From positions 136 through 64,135 of the forward strand of contig JBBRXM010000020.1 in the NCBI GenBank assembly GCA_038248405.1: a DNA stretch of 64,000 nt, in the 5' to 3' direction. The position numbers were made by a program, and so were the translations under genes. The DNA is from Burkholderiales bacterium. GTDB lineage: Bacteria; Pseudomonadota; Gammaproteobacteria; Burkholderiales; Burkholderiaceae_D. The stretch's first letter is position 1. Every line of letters starts with the position of its first letter. A model generated the notes under the pieces. It was not told where the DNA came from. It saw only the letters and a program-made list of their open reading frames with translations, and did no database searches. Shown here piece by piece: positions 8,911 through 18,212 of the stretch.

Positions 8911-10134
8911 TCAGGCTGCCAGTTGCTCCGTCGTCCTTGCCGCCGCCTGCTGCAGCGAGACCATCGCCGCGGCGACGCCGCCGGCCTGGTGCGGCACCCC
9001 GGCCAGGACCATGCCCATCTCGACGCCGGCGAGCGTGCCCATCAGCGTGAGGTCGTTGAAGTCGCCCAGGTGGCCGATGCGAAATACCCAGCCGCTCAGC
9101 TTGTTCAAGCCCTGGCCGAGCGACATGTTGAAGTTCGTCAGGATGACCTTGCGCAAGGCGTCGGCGTTGTGGCGCTCGCCGTCGGCGCCGATCGGCATCA
9201 CTACCGCCGTCAGCACGCCGCTGTATTCGGCCGGGTTCTCGCACAGGATTTCCAGGCCCCAGGCGCGCACGCAGGCGCGGGTCGCTTCGGCATGGCGCTG
9301 GTGGCGGTCGAACACGTTCTGCAGGCCTTCCTCGAGCAGCATGTCGCACGCCTCGGACAGGCCGTACAGCAGGTTGGTGGCCGGCGTGTACGGCCAGAAG
9401 CCGTTCTTGTTGGCCTCGATGATCTCGTCCCATGCCCAGAAGGCGCGCGGCAGCCTGGCGCTGCGCGAGGCGGCGATCGCCTTTTGCGACACGGCGTTGA
9501 ACGACAGCCCCGGCGGCAGCATCAGGCCCTTCTGCGAGCCGGCAACGGTCACGTCGACGCCCCACTCGTCGTGGCGGTAGTCGAGCGAGCCGAGCGAGGA
9601 GATGGTGTCCACCAGCAGCAGCGCCGGGTGGCCGCAGGCGTCGATGGCGCGGCGCACGGCGGCGATGTCGGACGTCACGCCGGTCGACGTCTCGTTGTGC
9701 ACCACACAAACGGCCTTGATTTCATGGCCGCTGTCCTCGCGCAGGCGCTGCTCGATCTTGGCCGGGTCGACACCGCGGCGCCAGTCGTCGCCGATGAATA
9801 CGCTCTTGAGCGAGAGCTTGTCGGCCATCTTCTTCCACAGCGTGGCGAAGTGGCCCGTTTCGTACATCAGCACGGTGTCGCCCGGCGACAGGGTGTTCAC
9901 CAGCGCCGCTTCCCATGCGCCCGTGCCCGACGCCGGATAGATGATCACCGGCTGCCCGGTCTGGAAAACCTTGGCGACGTCGGCGAGGATCTTCTTGCCC
10001 AGCTGCTGGAACTCGGGGCCGCGATGGTCGATGGTCGGATAGTCCATCGCCCGCAACACGCGGTCGGGCACGTTGGACGGACCCGGTATCTGCAGGAAAT
10101 GCCGACCGGACGGATGGGAATTCAACTTCAACAT
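8911..10134 (-). CDS. Class V PLP aminotransferase, serine/alanine-glyoxylate aminotransferase family
   Basis: IPGPSNVP, SGTGAWEA, VHNETSTG, LVDTISSLG, the PLP lysine in GSQKGLMLPPG, and FRIGHLG. Confidence 0.9.
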   Translation of the reverse strand: MLKLNSHPSGRHFLQIPGPSNVPDRVLRAMDYPTIDHRGPEFQQLGKKILADVAKVFQTGQPVIIYPASGTGAWEAALVNTLSPGDTVLMYETGHFATLWKKMADKLSLKSVFIGDDWRRGVDPAKIEQRLREDSGHEIKAVCVVHNETSTGVTSDIAAVRRAIDACGHPALLLVDTISSLGSLDYRHDEWGVDVTVAGSQKGLMLPPGLSFNAVSQKAIAASRSARLPRAFWAWDEIIEANKNGFWPYTPATNLLYGLSEACDMLLEEGLQNVFDRHQRHAEATRACVRAWGLEILCENPAEYSGVLTAVVMPIGADGERHNADALRKVILTNFNMSLGQGLNKLSGWVFRIGHLGDFNDLTLMGTLAGVEMGMVLAGVPHQAGGVAAAMVSLQQAAARTTEQLAA

Positions 10135-10339
10135 GGCCACTCCTCGTGTTTGGCGCCAGCGCCAGTTCATTCAAGAAAGCAATTTGGTTTTGCATACAAT
10201 ATACTTAAAAACAAGCCAGTCAAGGACTTTTTGAACACGTATTTATGCCGCAGGTGCAGCATTTATGGGGCGTAACGTGGTTTTCACGGCTTGCCGGATA
10301 ATGCGCTGCGCGCGGCGGTAAATCGTATACAATAATTCC

Positions 10340-11059
10340 ATGACTGAAGACCGCTCCCCCTTACCACTCGCCGCCGCGCCGCCGCGCGCGGCCGGCATCG
10401 ACCGCCAGGGACTCGCCTCGGCGGTCACCGCGCGCCTTCGCGACATGATCATCGAGGGCGCCCTGCCCCCCGGCACGCGCCTGAACGAACGGGTGCTGTG
10501 CGAGCAGCTGATGGTCTCGCGCACCCCGCTGCGCGAAGCGTTCAAGGTGCTCGCCGGCGAAGGCCTGATCGAACTGCTGCCCAACCGCGGCGCCCAGGTG
10601 GCCGAACTGTCGGTGGCCGACATCGAGCAGACCTTCGAGGTGCTCGGCGCGCTCGAAGGCCTGTCGGGCCAGCTGGCGTGCGAACGCATCACCGACGCCG
10701 AAGTGACCGAGATTCGCGCGCTGCACTACGAGATGATGGCCGCCCACGCGCGCGGCGACCTGGCCGCCTACTACAAGATCAACCACGTCATCCATGACCG
10801 CATCAACGCCAGCGCCGCCAACGCCGTCCTCACCGCCACCTACCTGGCGATGAACGCGCGCATCCAGAGCCTGCGGTTTCGTTCCAACTTCAACCAGGAC
10901 AAATGGAACGCCGCCATGAAGGAACACAGCGCCATGCTCGACGCGCTCGAGCGGCGCGACGGCGCGGCCCTGCGCACCATCCTCGAACACCACCTGCTCA
11001 CCAAGCGCCAGGCCGTCATCGCCGACCTGCGCGCGACGAAGGCCACAGCGGAAACCTGA
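10340..11059 (+). CDS. GntR family (FadR/FCD) transcriptional regulator
   Basis: wHTH (LPPGTRLNERVLCEQLMVSRTPLREAFKVL) plus an FCD domain. Divergent from the aminotransferase. Confidence 0.92.
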   Translation: MTEDRSPLPLAAAPPRAAGIDRQGLASAVTARLRDMIIEGALPPGTRLNERVLCEQLMVSRTPLREAFKVLAGEGLIELLPNRGAQVAELSVADIEQTFEVLGALEGLSGQLACERITDAEVTEIRALHYEMMAAHARGDLAAYYKINHVIHDRINASAANAVLTATYLAMNARIQSLRFRSNFNQDKWNAAMKEHSAMLDALERRDGAALRTILEHHLLTKRQAVIADLRATKATAET

Positions 11060-11063
11060 ACCC

Positions 11064-14000
11064 ATGAATGCACCAGCGGCGGCACCGATCAAGTTAAGCG
11101 ACCAGCTCGCCACCAGCATGAGCCGGCAGGCGCTGGCCAGCCGCCTCGCCGCTGAAACGGGCGGCGAAGTGCTGTTCGACGCCGGCTCGCGCGCCCGCTA
11201 TTCCACCGACGCGTCGATCTACCAGGTCGAGCCGGTCGGCGTGTTCGTGCCGCGCACCGAGGACGACGTCGCCCGCGCCATCGCCATTGCGCGCGAACTG
11301 AAGGTGCCGATCCTGTCGCGCGGCGCCGGCACCAGCCAGTGCGGCCAGACGGTGGGCGCGGCGCTGGTCATCGACAACAGCAAGTACCTCAACGAAGTCA
11401 CCGCTTTCGACCTGGCCGCCATGACGGTGACGGTGCAGCCGGGCATCGTGCTCGACCACCTGAACGCCTGGTTGAAACCCCACGGCGTGTGGTTCCCGGT
11501 GGACGTGAGCACTGCCGCCCAGTGCACCCTCGGCGGCATGGCGGGCAACAACTCCTGCGGCTCGCGTTCCATCGCCTACGGCAACATGGTGCACAACGTC
11601 GATTCGATCGACGCCATCCTGGCCGACGGCAGCGAAGTGCGCTTCGAAGTCGAGGAAACGATGCGGCGCGACGCCTCGCCGGCCGTGCGCGAGCTGCTGG
11701 CCGGCCTGCGCGCGATCGCCGAGCGCGAGCATGACGAGATCGCGCGCATGGTGCCCAAGGTGCTGCGCCGCGTCGGCGGCTACAACATCGACATCTACCA
11801 TCCGCAAAGCGAGCGGCCCTACACGCTTGACGGCAGCGTCAACCTGGCACACCTGCTGGTTGGCAGCGAAGGCACGCTGGCGCTCACGCGGCGCATCACG
11901 CTCAAGCTCATGCCGCTGCCGAAGCACAAGACGCTCGGCGTCATCAACTTCCCCACCTTCCACCAGGCGATGGCCATGACGCGCCACATCGTCACCCTGG
12001 CCCCGGTGGCGGTGGAACTAGTCGACCGCACCATGATCGAGCTGGCGCGCGACAATCCGGCGTTCCGGCCGGTGATCGACAAGGCGCTGATCGGTGCGCC
12101 GGAGGCGATCCTGCTGGTCGAATTCGCCGGCGAATCGCTCGCCGCGCAGCAGCAAAGCCTGGGCAAGCTGGTCGCGCTGATGGCCGGCCTGGGCCTGCCC
12201 GGCAGCGTCGTCGAGATGGTCGACCCGAACGCCCAGAAGGCGCTGTGGGAAGTGCGCAAGGCGGGCCTGAACATCATGATGAGCATGCGCGGCGACGGCA
12301 AACCGGTCTCCTTCATCGAAGACTGCGCGGTGCCGCTCGAGCACCTGGCCGAATACACCAGCCGCCTGACCGAAGTATTCGCGCGGCACGGTACCCGCGG
12401 CACCTGGTACGCCCACGCCTCGGTCGGCACCTTGCACGTGCGCCCCATCCTCGACATGCGCCGCGGCGGCGCCGACAAGATGCGCGCCATTGCCGAGGAA
12501 GCGGGCGCGCTGGTGCGCCAGTACAAAGGCGCCTTCTCGGGCGAGCACGGCGACGGCCTGGTGCGCAGCGAATGGGTGGCATGGCAGTTCGGCCCGCGCC
12601 TGACGCGTGCGTTCGAGGACATCAAGGATCTGTTCGATCCCGCCGGCCTGATGAATCCCGGCAAAATCGTGCGCACCACGCGCATGGACGACACGTCGCT
12701 GTTCCGCTTCAAGCCGGGCTACCAGCCGATCGCCCTCACGCCCGCGCTCGACTGGTCCGGCTGGAACGTGCAGACCGACCCGGTGACGGAGGTGGCCAGC
12801 GCGCCCGGCACCGGCGGCGACCTGGCCGGCGGCTTCGCCAAGGCGGTCGACATGTGCAACAACAACGGCCACTGCCGCAAGTTCGACGCCGGCACCATGT
12901 GCCCGAGCTACCGCGCCACCAAGGACGAAAAACACCTCACGCGCGGGCGCGCCAACACGCTGCGGCTGGCACTGTCGGGCCAGCTGGGCCCGGATGGCTT
13001 TACTTCCGACGAAATGCGCGACACGCTGGACTTGTGCGTCAGCTGCAAGGGCTGCAAGCGCGACTGCCCGACCGGCATCGACATGGCGCGCATGAAAACC
13101 GAGTTCCTGTTCCACTGGCAGAAAAAGCACGGCTTGGGCGTGAGAGAGCGCATGGTCGCCTGCCTGCCGCGCTGGGCGCCGTGGGCGGCGCGCTTCCCGC
13201 TGCTGGCCAACCTGCGCAATACGCTGCCGGGCGCGGCGATGCTGGCGGAAAAGCTGCTCGGCCTGTCCGCCAGGCGCTCCCTGCCGACCTGGCGCAGCGA
13301 CACCTTCATGCAGCACGTGGCGCCGCGCGCCAACCCCTTTGATGCCGACGTGGTGCTGTTCGCCGACACCTTCAACAATTATTTCGAGTCCGAGAACGCG
13401 ATCGCCGCGCTGCGGGTGCTGGAAGCGGCCGGCTACAAGGTGCACGTGGCGCGTCCGGCGCCCGGCGACGCCGAGCCGGACCGTGCGCTGTGCTGCGGCC
13501 GCACCTACCTCGCCAGCGGCCTGGTCGACCAGGCCAGGGCCGAAGCGCGCCGCGTGGTCGAGGCGATGCGCCCGTTCGTCGCACGCGGCGTGCCGGTGGT
13601 CGGGCTGGAACCGTCGTGCCTGCTCACCTTGCGCGACGAATTCCTCGTCATGGGACTGGGCGCGGACGCCGAAGCGCTCGGCAAGCACGCCTTCCTGTTC
13701 GAGGAATTTCTCGCCCGCGAGCATGGCGCCGGCCGCCTCAACCTGCCTTTGAAGGCGCTGCCGGTCGGCCGCGCGCTGCTGCACGGCCATTGCCACCAGA
13801 AGGCGTTCGACGCGGTGCGGCCGGTGCAGGCGGTCCTGGGCCTGATTCCCGGGCTGAAAGTGGAGCTCATCGAGTCGAGCTGCTGCGGCATGGCCGGCAG
13901 TTTCGGTTACGAAGCGAAGCACTACGGCGTGTCGATGAAGATGGCAGAATTGTCCCTGCTGCCGGCGGTGCGCGCCGCGGCCGCCGACACGCTGCTGGTG

Positions 14001-14111
14001 GCCGACGGCACCAGTTGCCGGCACCAGATCGCCGACGGCACGCGCGGCGCAAACGGCGAGCAAAGGGAAGCGGTGCACGTGGCGCGGGTGCTGGCACGCG
14101 CGTTGGCCTGA
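11064..14111 (+). CDS. FAD-binding and Fe-S oxidoreductase (fused D-2-hydroxyacid dehydrogenase, GlcD/GlcF- or Dld-like)
   Basis: RGAGTS FAD motif, GEHGDG, two 4Fe-4S motifs (CNNNGHC...C and CVSCKGCKRDCP), and CCG domains (CCGRT, HGHCHQ, CCGMAGSFG). Confidence 0.9.
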   Translation: MNAPAAAPIKLSDQLATSMSRQALASRLAAETGGEVLFDAGSRARYSTDASIYQVEPVGVFVPRTEDDVARAIAIARELKVPILSRGAGTSQCGQTVGAALVIDNSKYLNEVTAFDLAAMTVTVQPGIVLDHLNAWLKPHGVWFPVDVSTAAQCTLGGMAGNNSCGSRSIAYGNMVHNVDSIDAILADGSEVRFEVEETMRRDASPAVRELLAGLRAIAEREHDEIARMVPKVLRRVGGYNIDIYHPQSERPYTLDGSVNLAHLLVGSEGTLALTRRITLKLMPLPKHKTLGVINFPTFHQAMAMTRHIVTLAPVAVELVDRTMIELARDNPAFRPVIDKALIGAPEAILLVEFAGESLAAQQQSLGKLVALMAGLGLPGSVVEMVDPNAQKALWEVRKAGLNIMMSMRGDGKPVSFIEDCAVPLEHLAEYTSRLTEVFARHGTRGTWYAHASVGTLHVRPILDMRRGGADKMRAIAEEAGALVRQYKGAFSGEHGDGLVRSEWVAWQFGPRLTRAFEDIKDLFDPAGLMNPGKIVRTTRMDDTSLFRFKPGYQPIALTPALDWSGWNVQTDPVTEVASAPGTGGDLAGGFAKAVDMCNNNGHCRKFDAGTMCPSYRATKDEKHLTRGRANTLRLALSGQLGPDGFTSDEMRDTLDLCVSCKGCKRDCPTGIDMARMKTEFLFHWQKKHGLGVRERMVACLPRWAPWAARFPLLANLRNTLPGAAMLAEKLLGLSARRSLPTWRSDTFMQHVAPRANPFDADVVLFADTFNNYFESENAIAALRVLEAAGYKVHVARPAPGDAEPDRALCCGRTYLASGLVDQARAEARRVVEAMRPFVARGVPVVGLEPSCLLTLRDEFLVMGLGADAEALGKHAFLFEEFLAREHGAGRLNLPLKALPVGRALLHGHCHQKAFDAVRPVQAVLGLIPGLKVELIESSCCGMAGSFGYEAKHYGVSMKMAELSLLPAVRAAAADTLLVADGTSCRHQIADGTRGANGEQREAVHVARVLARALA

Positions 14112-14142
14112 TTACAGAAGTCATTTGCGGAGGGTAGCGATC

Positions 14143-14925
14143 ATGGGCGACCAGATGGGCAAAGTTCACCTCACCATCAGCGATGGCATTGGCGCCGTCC
14201 TGATCGACCGGCCGGAAGCGCGCAATGCGATGACCTGGCCGATGTACGAATCGCTGGCGGCGATCTGCCGGCAGCTGGCCGCCGACGGCAGCGTCAAGGT
14301 CGTCACCTTCCGCGGCGCCGGCGGCGAAGCCTTCGTGGCCGGCACCGACATCGAGCAGTTCGTCGACTTCAAGGGCGCCGACGCCGGCGTCGCCTACGAG
14401 CAGACCATCGACGAGATCGTCGGCCTGGTCGAGCGCCTGCCGATGCCGACCATTGCCATCGTCGAAGGCTGGGCCATCGGCGGCGGCCTGGCCATCTGCA
14501 CCGCCTGCGACTTCCGCGTCGCCACGCCCGAGGCTTCCTTTGGCGTGCCGATTGCGCGCACGCTGGGCAATTGCCTGTCGATGGCCAACACCGCGCGCCT
14601 GGTGGCCGCGTTCGGCGTGCCGCGCGCCAAGCGCATGCTGCTGCTGGCCGAAACCATCACCGCCGGCGAAGCCGAAGCCTTCGACTTCGTCACCGAGATC
14701 GCCGAGCCGAGCGAGCTCGACGCCACCGTCGCCCGCCTGTGCAAGCGCCTGGCCGGTCACGCCGCGGTGACCATGCGCGTGTCGAAGGAAGCGATCCGGC
14801 GCGTGGTGCAGGAAGGCTTGCCGCAAGGCGAAGACCTGATCCGCGCCGCCTACGGCAGCGCCGACTTCAAGATCGGCGTCGACGCCTTCATGCAGAAGAA
14901 GCGCCCTGAGTGGACGGGCGCCTGA
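14143..14925 (+). CDS. Enoyl-CoA hydratase/isomerase (crotonase) family protein
   Basis: RPEARNAM, FVAGTDI and GWAIGGG oxyanion motifs. SD GGAGG precedes the ATG at 14143. Confidence 0.88.
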   Translation: MGDQMGKVHLTISDGIGAVLIDRPEARNAMTWPMYESLAAICRQLAADGSVKVVTFRGAGGEAFVAGTDIEQFVDFKGADAGVAYEQTIDEIVGLVERLPMPTIAIVEGWAIGGGLAICTACDFRVATPEASFGVPIARTLGNCLSMANTARLVAAFGVPRAKRMLLLAETITAGEAEAFDFVTEIAEPSELDATVARLCKRLAGHAAVTMRVSKEAIRRVVQEGLPQGEDLIRAAYGSADFKIGVDAFMQKKRPEWTGA

Positions 14926-16142
14926 TGGCAGATAAAACTCCCCACCCCGGGCCGCTGGCCGGCCTGCGCGTGCTCGAACTGGCGCAGATCATGGCTGGCC
15001 CCACCTGCGGCATGATGCTCGCCGACATGGGCGCCGACGTCATCAAGGTCGAAAAGCTGCCCGGCGGCGACGATGCGCGCGGCTACCGCGAGCCGCGCGT
15101 CAACGGCGTCTCGGCGCCCTTCCTCATCCTCAACCGCAACAAGCGCGGCATCGCCCTCAACCTGAAGTTACCGCAGGGACGCGACATTCTGCTGCGCATG
15201 GTCCGGCGCGCCGACGTGCTGACCGAGAACTACCGCCGCGGCACGCTCGAAAAGCTGGGCCTGGGCTACGACGTGCTCAGCAAGGTCAATCCGGGCCTGA
15301 TCTACTGCGCGGTGTCCGGCTACGGCCGCGAAGGGCCATACGCGGACAAGCCGGGCTTCGACCTGATCGCGCAAGGCTTTTCGGGGCTGATGTCGGTCAC
15401 CGGCGAGCCGGGCGGCCCGCCGGTCAAGACCGGCAATTCGATCGCCGACATCAACGCCGGCATCCTGGCGGTGGTTGGCATTACCGCCGCCTACGTGCAC
15501 AAGCTGAAAACCGGCGAAGGCCAGGTGGTGGACACCTCGCTGATGGAAGCGGCGATCCAGCAGACCTACTGGCAGGCGGCGATCTTTTTCGCCACCGGCG
15601 ACTCGCCCGGCCCGACCGGTTCGGCGCACCTGCTGACCGCGCCCTACCAGGCGTTCCGGGCCAGCGACGGCTGGATCAACATCGGCGGCGCCAACCAAGG
15701 CAACTGGGAGCGCATCGCCACCGCGCTCGGCCACGACGAGTGGCGCGCCGATCCGCGCTTTTCCACCAACTCGGCGCGGATGGAAAACATGGAGGCGCTG
15801 ACGGCGGCGATGAACGGCGTCGTCGAAACGCGCAGCAAGGCGCACTGGATGGAGATCCTGGAGGCGGCCGGCGTGCCGTGCGGGCCGGTGCACACCATCG
15901 GCGAAGCGCTGACGCACCCGCAGACGCTGGCGCGCGACATGGTGGTCGACCTGGTACACCCGCAGGCCGGCGCCACCAAGGCGCTTGGCTGCCCTGTCCA
16001 CTTCTCGAAAACGCCGACCCGGATCGACCGCCCGGCGCCGATGCTGGGCGAACACTCGCGCGAACTGCTGCGCGAATACGACTACAGCGACGCGGAAATC
16101 GACAGTTTTCTGGCGCAGGGAGTGATCGAAGAAGCCGGCTGA
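14925..16142 (+). CDS. Family III (CaiB/BaiF) CoA-transferase
   Basis: LAGLRVLELAQIMAGP, LNRNKRGI, ENYRRG and the catalytic-Asp region SIADINAG. The ATG overlaps the crotonase stop (TGATG). Confidence 0.92.
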   Translation: MADKTPHPGPLAGLRVLELAQIMAGPTCGMMLADMGADVIKVEKLPGGDDARGYREPRVNGVSAPFLILNRNKRGIALNLKLPQGRDILLRMVRRADVLTENYRRGTLEKLGLGYDVLSKVNPGLIYCAVSGYGREGPYADKPGFDLIAQGFSGLMSVTGEPGGPPVKTGNSIADINAGILAVVGITAAYVHKLKTGEGQVVDTSLMEAAIQQTYWQAAIFFATGDSPGPTGSAHLLTAPYQAFRASDGWINIGGANQGNWERIATALGHDEWRADPRFSTNSARMENMEALTAAMNGVVETRSKAHWMEILEAAGVPCGPVHTIGEALTHPQTLARDMVVDLVHPQAGATKALGCPVHFSKTPTRIDRPAPMLGEHSRELLREYDYSDAEIDSFLAQGVIEEAG

Positions 16143-16193
16143 TTCGATTGAAAAAACCACAGTATTTCCCGAAAACGGCGCTTATACTTATGC

Positions 16194-16205
16194 TGCGCCG
16201 CACAA
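16194..16205 (+). promoter_or_regulatory. Candidate PhaR-type binding site TGCGCCGCACAA
   Basis: Fits the TGCRNYGCASMA consensus I recall for PhaR. It lies 50 bp upstream of the phasin-like gene. Confidence 0.4.
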
Positions 16206-16255
16206 TAAAGTTGCATGTTCACACTGTCAACCGAACTTTTCTAACGGGAAATACT

Positions 16256-16597
16256 ATGACGATGACGACCACCTATTCAACCCTCGCCCCATCGCTGGCG
16301 ACGGTTGCCAACAACCCGCTGTTCGACATGTTTACCAAGATCAGCGGCGTCTATACCGAGTCGTTCCAGGCCGACGCCAGCCAGCTGTTCATGAGTTCGG
16401 CGCGCATCATCCAGGAGCACTCGATGCAGGCGCTGATGAAGGCGTCGCAGGACTGCATCGCGGCGCTGACGCAAAATGCGGCCAGCATCCAGCAGCAATC
16501 CGTGGCGCACCTGGGCTGCGCCAATCAGAAGGCGGTCGAGATCATGGCCGGCACCCTCGCCAATGCGATGAGCGCCGGCTTCAATCCCGCGAAGTAA
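16256..16597 (+). CDS. Phasin-like hypothetical protein (113 aa)
   Basis: Ala/Gln/Ser-rich and predicted amphipathic helical, with the size and composition of phasins. A PhaR-like box lies upstream. Confidence 0.45.
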   Translation: MTMTTTYSTLAPSLATVANNPLFDMFTKISGVYTESFQADASQLFMSSARIIQEHSMQALMKASQDCIAALTQNAASIQQQSVAHLGCANQKAVEIMAGTLANAMSAGFNPAK

Positions 16598-16806
16598 GGG
16601 CCGCCGCAAGCCAGCAATATTCGCCTTCCAGCACGTCGTCGTCGCGAACGCGGGGACCCCATTACCATGAGCAGCAGGTAGGCCCACACAACAAAACCAG
16701 GGCAAAATCTGCTGGTGCCTTCCGCCCTCTTGCGCAACGTGGGCATGCCGCGCCGCTCGATCGGGCTACGCCAACCAGAAGACTGTCAGATCACAGCGCC
16801 ATCGCG

Positions 16807-16835
16807 TTGAAAATTTTAACCAACTAGGTTAAATT
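16807..16835 (+). promoter_or_regulatory. mqsRA promoter (TTGAAA-N17-TAAATT) with an MqsA-type operator TTTAACC-N5-GGTTAAA
   Basis: Perfect 7-bp inverted repeat at 16815-16833 between and over the -35/-10 boxes. It resembles the E. coli MqsA palindrome (AACCT-N3-AGGTT). Confidence 0.7.
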
Positions 16836-16840
16836 AGCTT

Positions 16841-17137
16841 ATGGAGAAGAACACACCTCATCGTAAGTTATCGCTCATAAAAGCGATGGTAGATGCAGGT
16901 AAAGTTCGAACTACAAAATCAGCCCTCGAAGGCGCGACGGCTTTGGGGCTCGGATTCGACGAGATGGTTGCCGTCGTGCGGGCACTTCGTTCAACCGATT
17001 TTTACAAGAGCATGACAACGCACGCCGACCACCGGATCTGGCAGGACGTGTATCGCCCGACCACGATGGCTGGCAAGATTTATTTGAAGCTGACCGTCGT
17101 CAACGACGTCCTCATCGTCTCGTTCAAGGAGCTGTAA
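16841..17137 (+). CDS. mqsR: Type II toxin MqsR (mRNA interferase)
   Basis: 98 aa MEKNTPH...DFYKSMTTHADHRIWQDVYRP...YLKLTVVNDVLIVSFKEL, the MqsR signature. Confidence 0.95.
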   Translation: MEKNTPHRKLSLIKAMVDAGKVRTTKSALEGATALGLGFDEMVAVVRALRSTDFYKSMTTHADHRIWQDVYRPTTMAGKIYLKLTVVNDVLIVSFKEL

Positions 17138-17139
17138 TC

Positions 17140-17541
17140 ATGAGATGTCCAATCTGCGGCGCCGCGGAGCTGATTCGCGGTACCCGCGACATACCGTACA
17201 CGTACAAGGGCGAGACGACGGTGCTCCCCCTCGTGACCGGCGATTTCTGCCCCGCCTGCGACGAATACATTCTTGATCCGGACGAGTCGCGACGTACTAT
17301 GAATCAAATGTTGGCGTTCAATAAGCAAGTCAACGCTTCCATCGTCGACCCGGCTTTCATCACCCACGTACGCAAGAAGCTCAATCTCGACCAACGCGAA
17401 GCTGCAGAGCTGTTTGGCGGCGGAGTCAACGCCTTTTCTCGCTACGAGGCAGGAAAGATCAAACCGCCGATGGCGTTGATTCAGTTATTAAAGCTCCTGG
17501 ATCGTCATCCTCACTTGCTGGAAGAAGTACGTGTGGCGTAA
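17140..17541 (+). CDS. mqsA: Type II antitoxin MqsA (Zn-finger + Cro/XRE HTH)
   Basis: CPIC...CPAC zinc ribbon and HTH RKKLNLDQREAAELFGGGVNAFSRYE. It starts 2 bp after mqsR. Confidence 0.95.
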   Translation: MRCPICGAAELIRGTRDIPYTYKGETTVLPLVTGDFCPACDEYILDPDESRRTMNQMLAFNKQVNASIVDPAFITHVRKKLNLDQREAAELFGGGVNAFSRYEAGKIKPPMALIQLLKLLDRHPHLLEEVRVA

Positions 17542-18212
17542 GTGCGCTGCACCTTCCTGACCGCCGACGACAACGCAAAGCACAGCACGAAATAAACGAC
17601 CGCCACGAACGAGTACATCTCGACCAGGCGGCCGTCGCGCTGCGCCACCTTGCTGGCGGCGCCGACGAAGTCCGGGATCGACAGCACGTACACCAGCGAC
17701 ACGTCCTGGAACAGGATGATGGTCTGAGTCAGCAGCACCGGCAGCATGTTACGGATTGCCTGCGGCAGCACGATGGTGGCAGTGACCTGCGCGTACGTCA
17801 GCCCCAGCGCTTGTCCCGCCAGCACCTGCCCGCGCGGCACCGACTGCATGCCGCTGCGCAGGATCTCGCAGTAATACGCCGCCTCGAACATGACGAAGGT
17901 GATCAAGGCCGACGCGAAGGCGCCCACCTTCACCGGCTCGCGCGCGCCGATCGCCCAGGCGGCGATGTACGGCACCAGGAAATAGAACCAGAAGATCACC
18001 AGCACCAGTGGCACCGAGCGCACCAGGTTAACGTACGCTGCCGCCGGCAGCGACACCACCCGGCTGCCGGACAAGCGCATCAGCGCCAGCGCCGTCCCCA
18101 GCACGATGCCGCCGCACATCGCCAGCACCGTCAACTGGACGGTGAACACCATGCCGGTGCGAAACAGATAGCCGGACGAGCGGACGATGACGTCGAAGTC
18201 GAAGCCGCTCAT
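17511..18212 (-). CDS. gltK: Glutamate/aspartate-type polar amino acid ABC permease GltK
   Basis: RSVPLVLVIFWFYF, EAA loop (EILRSGMQSVPRGQ) and IILFQDVSL. Confidence 0.85.
   Translation of the reverse strand: MSGFDFDVIVRSSGYLFRTGMVFTVQLTVLAMCGGIVLGTALALMRLSGSRVVSLPAAAYVNLVRSVPLVLVIFWFYFLVPYIAAWAIGAREPVKVGAFASALITFVMFEAAYYCEILRSGMQSVPRGQVLAGQALGLTYAQVTATIVLPQAIRNMLPVLLTQTIILFQDVSLVYVLSIPDFVGAASKVAQRDGRLVEMYSFVAVVYFVLCFALSSAVRKVQRTYATRTSSSK

Noticed and set aside
8911-10134. Beta-hydroxyaspartate cycle (bhcA) or serine-cycle assignment for the aminotransferase
   Set aside because: None of bhcB/C/D or the serine-cycle partner genes is present, so only the family call is supported.
14925-16142. 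Calling the CoA-transferase frc (formyl-CoA:oxalate CoA-transferase) because of the probable Oxalobacteraceae host
   Set aside because: Only generic family III motifs are visible, and there is no oxalyl-CoA decarboxylase or OxlT gene in the window.
16598-16806. Remnant of gltL between the phasin-like gene and mqsR
   Set aside because: The minus-strand translation provided (16525-16746) shows no ABC-ATPase motif, and I saw none by eye in the gap.
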